From: Candidatus Kuenenia stuttgartensis | GTDB taxonomy: Bacteria; Planctomycetota; Brocadiia; Brocadiales; Brocadiaceae | Direction of reading: 5' to 3' | Assembly (NCBI RefSeq): GCF_900232105.1 | Contig: NZ_LT934425.1 | Span: forward strand, 2,340,001 to 2,372,000 | DNA length: 32,000 bases | Part shown: positions 27,203 to 32,000 of the stretch, one piece after another | Numbering within the stretch: position 1 is the first letter of the stretch | Layout: every line of letters begins with the position of its first letter | Made by a program: the position numbers and the translations under genes | Notes under the pieces: model-generated | Told to the model about the DNA's origin: nothing | Seen by the model: the letters and a program-made list of their open reading frames with translations, nothing else | Databases searched by the model: none

Positions 27203-28759
27203 ATGAATAAGTTGATGGAATTATATCGAGACAGGATCGTGGGTGCAATAAGCGGTCTGGACAGGATTCGTTTTCGCGGGACATTGCGGTGGTTGGCCAG
27301 TGAGCGTGGGATGGGAACATTCATGAACCAAGCGAGAATTCTGCTTAAGGATTTTTCCGGTTGGGTCAATGGGCTTACGGCACAGGTGCGAGACAGTTGT
27401 GAATCGCGGGCGAAAGATTTGGGTATCGAGGTGCGGTATTTGATGAGCAGCGGTGTTGATAAGGAGAAGTTGGCTCGCCAGATCGCGGCGGATAAGAGGA
27501 TTACGGAAGGTTCCATCTGCCTGTTGAGTGTGGTAGAGCCTTGTATTGCGCCGATGGTCAAGGGCAACAAGGCCAGCAAGAAGCTCGAGTTGGTAATGGC
27601 GCCCCGCAAGTGTGTCTTTGTGTATCATTATTTTAATGATCCAGTGTTTGGTTTTGGTCATGTTCGTATCCAGAGTTGGGCGCCGTTTAATATTTTCATT
27701 TGTCTCAATGGTCGTCATTGGCTGGAGCGGCAACTTCAGAAGCAAGGTATTGATTATGTTAAGGACGGCAACTGTTTTGTGCGTATAGAGGATATTGCGG
27801 CTGCGCAGGTTCTGCTCCATGAGCAGCTTAAGACTGACTGGGCGAAGCTGCTGAACGGGCTTGCGTTAGGCAGTTGCCCGGCATTGTCGCAGATTCTTCG
27901 TCCGTTGGAACCGGAGTATTACTGGTCTGCGGATGAGACGGAGTGGGCGACGGACATCATGTTTAAATCGGTTGAGGCATTGGAGGAGTTGTTTCCATCG
28001 TTTGTTCATCATGCGATGCGGGTTTGCGACAGTTCTTCGGTGATGAAGTATTTGGGTAGGCGTAACCTTGCAGGCGCTGCCCCTGATGAGGTTATCAGCG
28101 ACTATCGAAGACGCTATGAAGGTATACGGGTCAAGCACAGTGTGAATTATAATTCAGTGAAGATGTATAACAAGAGCGGTAGTCTCTTGCGTATTGAGAC
28201 AACGATCAATAATACGCGGGACTTTAAGGTCTTTCGGAGTCCCAATGATGATGAAGGCAAACCGGCGTCATGGCAGAAGATGCGTAAGGGCGTAAGCGAT
28301 CTTCATCGACGGTGTGAGGTGAGCCAACAATGCAATGATCGTTATGGGGATGCTTTGGCGGCGGCTCAGGTAGAGGAGAAACTGAAAGAAGTGGTGAGCA
28401 GCGCTTGTAACAAGGTTGTCAAAGAGGGCAAGAGGTATCGAGGTTTGAATCCCTGGCAGCAGGATGATTACCAGATGCTGATGTTCCTGTCCAAAGGCGA
28501 AAACGCGATAAATGGATTCCGCAACCATGATTTGCGTAAGTGGCTTTACCGGGAATCCGAACAATCCGGCAAGGATCAGCAAAAGAAATATTCCGGACGA
28601 ACGACCCGACGGATAAAGATGCTGCGGGCACACGGTCTAATCCGCAAAGTTCCGAGGGCCAACCGCTATGTTTTGACGGAGAAAGGCCAGAAGTTCTCTT
28701 GTTCACTGATGACCGCTTCAGCCCTTGATATTAAAGCACTTACGGAAATGGCGGCATGA
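27203..28759 (+). CDS. hypothetical protein, compositionally foreign, with a C-terminal winged-helix-like basic segment; function unknown
   Basis: 518-aa uninterrupted ORF with GGAGG 9 nt upstream of the ATG. Hand counts of 60-nt lines give about 43-58% G+C, against a window average of about 40% and clearly lower values in its AT-rich neighbours. The C-terminus reads RTTRRIKMLRAHGLIRKVPRANRYVLTEKGQKF. I recognised no catalytic motif. Confidence 0.8.
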   Translation: MNKLMELYRDRIVGAISGLDRIRFRGTLRWLASERGMGTFMNQARILLKDFSGWVNGLTAQVRDSCESRAKDLGIEVRYLMSSGVDKEKLARQIAADKRITEGSICLLSVVEPCIAPMVKGNKASKKLELVMAPRKCVFVYHYFNDPVFGFGHVRIQSWAPFNIFICLNGRHWLERQLQKQGIDYVKDGNCFVRIEDIAAAQVLLHEQLKTDWAKLLNGLALGSCPALSQILRPLEPEYYWSADETEWATDIMFKSVEALEELFPSFVHHAMRVCDSSSVMKYLGRRNLAGAAPDEVISDYRRRYEGIRVKHSVNYNSVKMYNKSGSLLRIETTINNTRDFKVFRSPNDDEGKPASWQKMRKGVSDLHRRCEVSQQCNDRYGDALAAAQVEEKLKEVVSSACNKVVKEGKRYRGLNPWQQDDYQMLMFLSKGENAINGFRNHDLRKWLYRESEQSGKDQQKKYSGRTTRRIKMLRAHGLIRKVPRANRYVLTEKGQKFSCSLMTASALDIKALTEMAA

Positions 28760-28797
28760 AAAACACGCATAAAAAACAAGAAATTGATGGATAGTAG
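28758..28797 (+). repeat. module D copy 2 (starts inside the stop codon of the 518-aa ORF)
   Basis: GAAAAACACGCATAAAAAACAAGAAATTGATGGATAGTAG, 37/40 identical to 5450..5489. Confidence 0.75.
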
Positions 28798-28894
28798 TAC
28801 AGATTAAAAGATCCCGGCGGGTTCAGGTTTGCAACCAGAACCAAACGTTTTATACTTTCAATCCAGCCTTCTATTCGCAGAACAAATGGCAAAT

Positions 28895-28936
28895 AAATTC
28901 CAGATTCCAAACAGGGATTTGGGCATTGGATTTTAC
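28895..28936. repeat. heptamer-phased tract (AAATTCC AGATTCC AAACAGG GATTTGG GCATTGG ATTTTAC)
   Basis: Read directly. The GATTTGG units are the reverse complement of the CCAAATC units at 14646..14666. Confidence 0.6.
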
Positions 28937-28939
28937 CTA

Positions 28940-29029
28940 CGTTCCCAAACAGATACTTCACTATGTTTAGTACAAGGTTTGAGAACGAGTTGTACTTCGG
29001 TAGTTTAATAGTTTACGCTGAATAGTTAC
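28940..29029 (+). repeat. F-H repeat module (hairpin F 28940..28988 plus H ending GTTTACGCTGAATAGTTAC)
   Basis: The reverse complement of 30681..30759 matches it by eye: the H 19-mer is identical, and the F stem and loop are about 90% identical. Confidence 0.75.
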
Positions 29030-29078
29030 AAAAAATTACTGATAAGGTATTAATGATTAATAGAGAGATATACTAAAA

Positions 29079-29837
29079 ATGATTACCGTATGGTTTTATA
29101 CGCTGGCAAGTGTTTTTGCTATCAGTATATGTTCATTGATAGGGGTTGTAACGTTATCATTTAGAGAAACGAATCTAAAGCAAGTCCTTATTTATTTTGT
29201 TAGTTTTTCCGCAGGAAGCTTACTTGGCAACGCTTTTTTACACCTGCTTCCGGAGGCCGTTGAAAAAGCAGGTTCAACCTTTCGGTTAAGCACTTCCCTG
29301 TTTGTTTTATGCGGGGTAGTTGTCTACTTTAGCGTAGAAAAATTTGTCCGCTGGCGACATTGCCACATACCAGCAACAGAAGAACATCCCCACCCTTTTT
29401 CTTTAATGGTGTTGTTTGGAGATGCCGTGCATAATTTTATCGATGGATTGATCATCGGAGCAAGTTACATGGTGAGCATTCAGCTAGGTTTTGCCACGAC
29501 AATGGCAGTTGTCTTCCACGAAATCCCCCAGGAGGTTGGAGATTTCGGTTCTTTATTACATGGCGGATTCAGTAAAATAAAGGCGCTTTTTTTCAATTTT
29601 CTTTCCGCATTAACCGCCATACTCGGCGCAATTATCGTCCTGGTAATGGGATCTTATGTGGAGGGATTAACCACTTTTTTAGTGCCTTTTGCCGCGGGAG
29701 GCTTCATTTATATTGCAAGTTGCGACCTTATACCGGAATTGCACAGAGAGGTGAAAATTACGAAATCAATCCTCCAGTTAGTATTTTTCATATTAGGGGT
29801 GTTGGTGATGCTGGCATTGTCTTTTGTCGGAGAATAG
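29079..29837 (+). CDS. ZIP-family divalent metal transporter (ZupT/GufA-like)
   Basis: 252-aa polytopic ORF with ZIP signatures HNFIDGLIIGASY and FHEIPQEVGDFGSLL. Confidence 0.9.
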   Translation: MITVWFYTLASVFAISICSLIGVVTLSFRETNLKQVLIYFVSFSAGSLLGNAFLHLLPEAVEKAGSTFRLSTSLFVLCGVVVYFSVEKFVRWRHCHIPATEEHPHPFSLMVLFGDAVHNFIDGLIIGASYMVSIQLGFATTMAVVFHEIPQEVGDFGSLLHGGFSKIKALFFNFLSALTAILGAIIVLVMGSYVEGLTTFLVPFAAGGFIYIASCDLIPELHREVKITKSILQLVFFILGVLVMLALSFVGE

Positions 29838-29951
29838 CACCCTTTCCGCTAAGAAAAAGAACGGGCGCAGAAGAAAAACAATGAGAAAAACGGTTGTTTG
29901 GTGAGCATTGCATTTGGTACCGCATGATATAAGATTTAATCGGAATGATTG

Positions 29952-30623
29952 TTAATAATGGCGGTAGTATGCTCTGGGAAACAGTTTTATGAGAATAATT
30001 CCTATCACGAAACCCCCGATGTGTGCCCACCACGCTACGCCGCCATCCCGGGTGTTTGCAATGGCCGCCGTACCATTAAAAAATTGTATGAAAAACCAGA
30101 ATCCCAATACAATATACGCCGGCAATTCAAAGATAAACAAGAGCGGTAGCAAAACCAGCACACGCGCCCGCGGATAGCTTATCATGTAAGCACCCAATAC
30201 ACCCGCAACCGCGCCACTTGCGCCAATACAAGGCACACCTGACTGGCGGTTAAAGGAAATATACACCACCGCTGAACCAATGCCGCAAATTAAGTAAAAA
30301 ACCACGAAGCCGAAACGCCCCAATATGTCTTCGATATTATCTCCAAAAATCCACAAATACCACATATTACCTAAAAGATGAATAAGCCCGCCATGGAGGA
30401 ACATGTAACTCAGGAAAGGGAAATATGTATTTGCCATATTCACCTCCGGGATATCCGCCGACTGGAAAATTTTGAGGGGAACTATGCCATAGGAGAAAAG
30501 GAAATATGTTAAATTCCTTCCTAAAGAGAGTTCAAAAAGAAAGGTCAGTACGTTTATAAGGATAATAATAACCGTGATAAGCGGGAATGTTCCGGATGGA
30601 TTTCGGTCTCGGATTGGTATCAT
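29952..30623 (-). CDS. rhomboid-family intramembrane serine protease
   Basis: 223-aa polytopic ORF with HGGLIHLLGNMWYLWIFG, the catalytic GASGAVAGVLGAY (GxSG) and the catalytic His in WAHIGGFVIG. Confidence 0.9.
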   Translation of the reverse strand: MIPIRDRNPSGTFPLITVIIILINVLTFLFELSLGRNLTYFLFSYGIVPLKIFQSADIPEVNMANTYFPFLSYMFLHGGLIHLLGNMWYLWIFGDNIEDILGRFGFVVFYLICGIGSAVVYISFNRQSGVPCIGASGAVAGVLGAYMISYPRARVLVLLPLLFIFELPAYIVLGFWFFIQFFNGTAAIANTRDGGVAWWAHIGGFVIGIILIKLFPRAYYRHY

Positions 30624-30680
30624 TTGTTTTTTGGCCGAAATGGTAAAAATTCATCTCTTAAAAAACTATACTCTTTTGTT

Positions 30681-30806
30681 GTAACTATTCAGCGTAAACA
30701 ATACACGTCTCGTTCCAAACCTTGTACTGAGCATAGTGAAGTATCTGTTTGGGAACGAGTTGCGCTCTGATCTCTTGTAGTTTAATAAATTACGCTGAAT
30801 AGTTAC
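30681..30806. repeat. palindromic H'-F-H repeat module
   Basis: GTAACTATTCAGCGTAAAC (30681..30699, reverse complement of H), hairpin F (30709..30759), then direct H (GTAGTTTAATAAATTACGCTGAATAGTTAC, ending at 30806). Confidence 0.75.
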
Positions 30807-30852
30807 CTTTTGTTACTGAAATAACTTCTCAATAAGTTTAGATTTTAGCAAT

Positions 30853-30919
30853 AATTTCTATAGTCCACACTCTGCAATTTGCCGACGGTAGATTGCAGTG
30901 TGCTGACTATATAGAAATT
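30853..30919. repeat. long imperfect hairpin related to the 5' part of family A
   Basis: AATTTCTATAGTC-CACACTCTGCAAT...ATTGCAGTGTG-CT-GACTATATAGAAATT. The core CTGCAATTTGCCGA..GTAGATTGCAG resembles 12392..12423. Confidence 0.6.
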
Positions 30920-30979
30920 CCCCATTAAAAAAGGAAGCAAAACAGTGGAGTTGTTTACATAAATTTATTTAGAAGTTAC

Positions 30980-31600
30980 TTACTGAAAGGTATTGGCAAG
31001 CAGTTTGTAATAGGGGAAATTCCGTCCAGGGCAATCGGTTTGTTTGCAGTGCCTGTGCATAAGAACATTATCAGTAGGGATGTGACAACGTTCCTGTATG
31101 TATTCCACTAATGCGGAAAGTGATTTCATCTGTGCTTGCGTAGGATACGTTTTATTAAAATTCCCTACCAGACATATTCCTACGCCAAATTGGTTATATT
31201 CCTTTATCCCTGCGTGTGCACCATCTATCTGCCTTTTCCATCTATCACCCATTTCAATTTCACCATCGCCGGAACCCTTTCCATTTCCTATAACAAAATG
31301 GTATCCCAACCCGTTTTGCCATCCGCGCGATTGCCGGTGATATTTATCAAATTCTTCAGCGCTTCCGGTATCGGATGCGCTGTGATGGACAACAATGTAC
31401 TTCCAGTCGCGAACAAAACAACGTTCCAATTGGTTTTTAATATCGCTGCTCAGGTAGAAGTCCAATTTTTTTTCAGGTAGTTTCGCGCTTGGTTTCATAA
31501 TAGTCGATGTTGGTGGAATTGTTGGTGGAGAATAACATCCGCTCATGAAATAAAGAAGGGGGAAAAACATGCAAATACTCATTTTTTGCCAAAAAAGCAT
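30980..31600 (-). CDS. N-acetylmuramoyl-L-alanine amidase (Amidase_2 / PGRP domain) lipoprotein
   Basis: 206-aa ORF with a lipobox-like LLYFMSGC. Amidase_2 motifs are IVVHHSAS, GYHFVIGNG, GAHAG, and HRHCKQTDCPG (zinc-ligand region). Confidence 0.85.
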   Translation of the reverse strand: MLFWQKMSICMFFPLLYFMSGCYSPPTIPPTSTIMKPSAKLPEKKLDFYLSSDIKNQLERCFVRDWKYIVVHHSASDTGSAEEFDKYHRQSRGWQNGLGYHFVIGNGKGSGDGEIEMGDRWKRQIDGAHAGIKEYNQFGVGICLVGNFNKTYPTQAQMKSLSALVEYIQERCHIPTDNVLMHRHCKQTDCPGRNFPYYKLLANTFQ

Positions 31601-31974
31601 TATAATTCTCCTAATAAATGTTTAACACTTGCATGCAACAATGAGTAAATCTTATAATCAGCGGGGATTATAACAAATGAAAGCCTTTTGTCAAATAACA
31701 AATATGGAGGTATTTTGTTATCTCCAGTAGCCCCATGATACGGTATATTGGGGCGTGAAAGACTACCCATGAGGGGATGTAGACCAATCACTACAATATG
31801 TAGTTGGAACTGGAGCCAACAGAGTACCCCTATTTTAAGGAATGAATGGATGCAAATAATTAACCAGGTAGATTTAAAAAGAATGTTAAACATCATAGAA
31901 AAACCCCTTTTCTTTAGCAACTTATCAATGCAGGGAAAAAATAGAATGGTATGTCTGAATTCGCATTTTATCAT
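31600..31974 (-). CDS. hypothetical small membrane protein (start uncertain)
   Basis: 124-aa ORF whose stop overlaps the amidase start. A more plausible start is MMFNILFK at 31896, preceded by AAGGGG 7 nt upstream, which gives 98 aa with an N-terminal hydrophobic helix. I recognise no family. Confidence 0.3.
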   Translation of the reverse strand: MIKCEFRHTILFFPCIDKLLKKRGFSMMFNILFKSTWLIICIHSFLKIGVLCWLQFQLHIVVIGLHPLMGSLSRPNIPYHGATGDNKIPPYLLFDKRLSFVIIPADYKIYSLLHASVKHLLGEL

Positions 31975-32000
31975 TTTTCAAAAGTGAGAATACCTTGTTC

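Larger units (their letters stand above)
27102..28797 (+). mobile_element. candidate insertion / selfish-gene cassette bounded by modules C and D (hypothesis only)
   Basis: A higher-G+C ORF is bracketed by the same two modules that lie 80 bp apart at 5346..5489. I recognised no terminal inverted repeats or convincing target-site duplication. Confidence 0.3.

Noticed and set aside
27221-27820. A 199-aa ORF antisense to the 518-aa gene, plus further antisense ORFs at 27178..27609, 27866..28138, 28268..28633 and 28419..28706.
   Set aside because: Long antisense ORFs are expected in a locally G+C-richer gene. The sense ORF is uninterrupted for 518 codons and has a good SD, whereas the antisense ORFs are fragmented and overlap each other.
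27153-28799. A 9-bp direct repeat ATAGTAGTA (27153..27161 and 28791..28799) flanks the 518-aa ORF and looked like a possible target-site duplication.
   Set aside because: The right-hand copy is part of module D, which carries nearly the same string (ATAGTAGAA) at 5483..5491 without any insertion. It therefore belongs to the repeat, not to a duplication made on insertion. I also saw no terminal inverted repeats next to it.
28800-28860. GGTTCAGGTTTGCAACCAGAACC and similar strings were checked as possible tRNA T-arm or acceptor fragments. All other spacers were scanned as well.
   Set aside because: I could build no cloverleaf: there was no GTTCRANYC T-loop with a matching acceptor stem in any spacer.
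5346-30919. The many short repeats in spacers raised the possibility of a CRISPR array or an array remnant.
   Set aside because: The copies are dispersed over 25 kb, one or two per spacer. They belong to several unrelated families, are not regularly spaced, and no cas gene is present. They are interspersed REP/MITE-like modules, not a CRISPR array.

Overview
This is about 40% G+C bacterial chromosomal DNA with 24 supportable protein-coding ORFs (two are low-confidence small ORFs). I found no rRNA, tRNA or CRISPR array by eye. The gene content suggests an anammox planctomycete (Brocadiales, Kuenenia-like). That is an inference resting mainly on an octaheme HAO-like gene paired with a diheme cytochrome c.

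Minus-strand block, 10.6 kb down to 1.2 kb:
- orphan 2-oxoacid:ferredoxin oxidoreductase gamma-delta fusion
- MTAP-type phosphorylase
- deaminase-type amidohydrolase
- DUF2835 protein
- dnaA, dnaN, DUF721 (DciA-type) and gyrB, with no recF

Plus-strand genes, in order:
- Re-citrate-synthase-type enzyme (HMGL-like family), then sucC and sucD
- secreted M1-type metallopeptidase
- three-gene module: cupredoxin-like protein, diheme cytochrome c, octaheme HAO-like protein, closed by a clean terminator
- uvrA
- UPF0104/LPG-synthase-TM-like membrane protein
- CheW-CheX fusion
- compositionally foreign 518-aa ORF of unknown function

Right end: a convergent ZIP transporter / rhomboid protease pair, then a lipoprotein Amidase_2 and a small membrane ORF.

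The most striking sequence-level feature is not a gene. Nearly every intergenic spacer is assembled from a few families of short dispersed, often hairpin-forming repeat modules (called A to H here) plus heptamer-phased tandem tracts. Several modules sit exactly on gene boundaries. One module pair (C and D) brackets the foreign ORF and recurs as an 80-bp-spaced miniature inside the dnaA-dnaN spacer.

All alignments, identity counts and G+C estimates were made by eye or hand and need computational confirmation.
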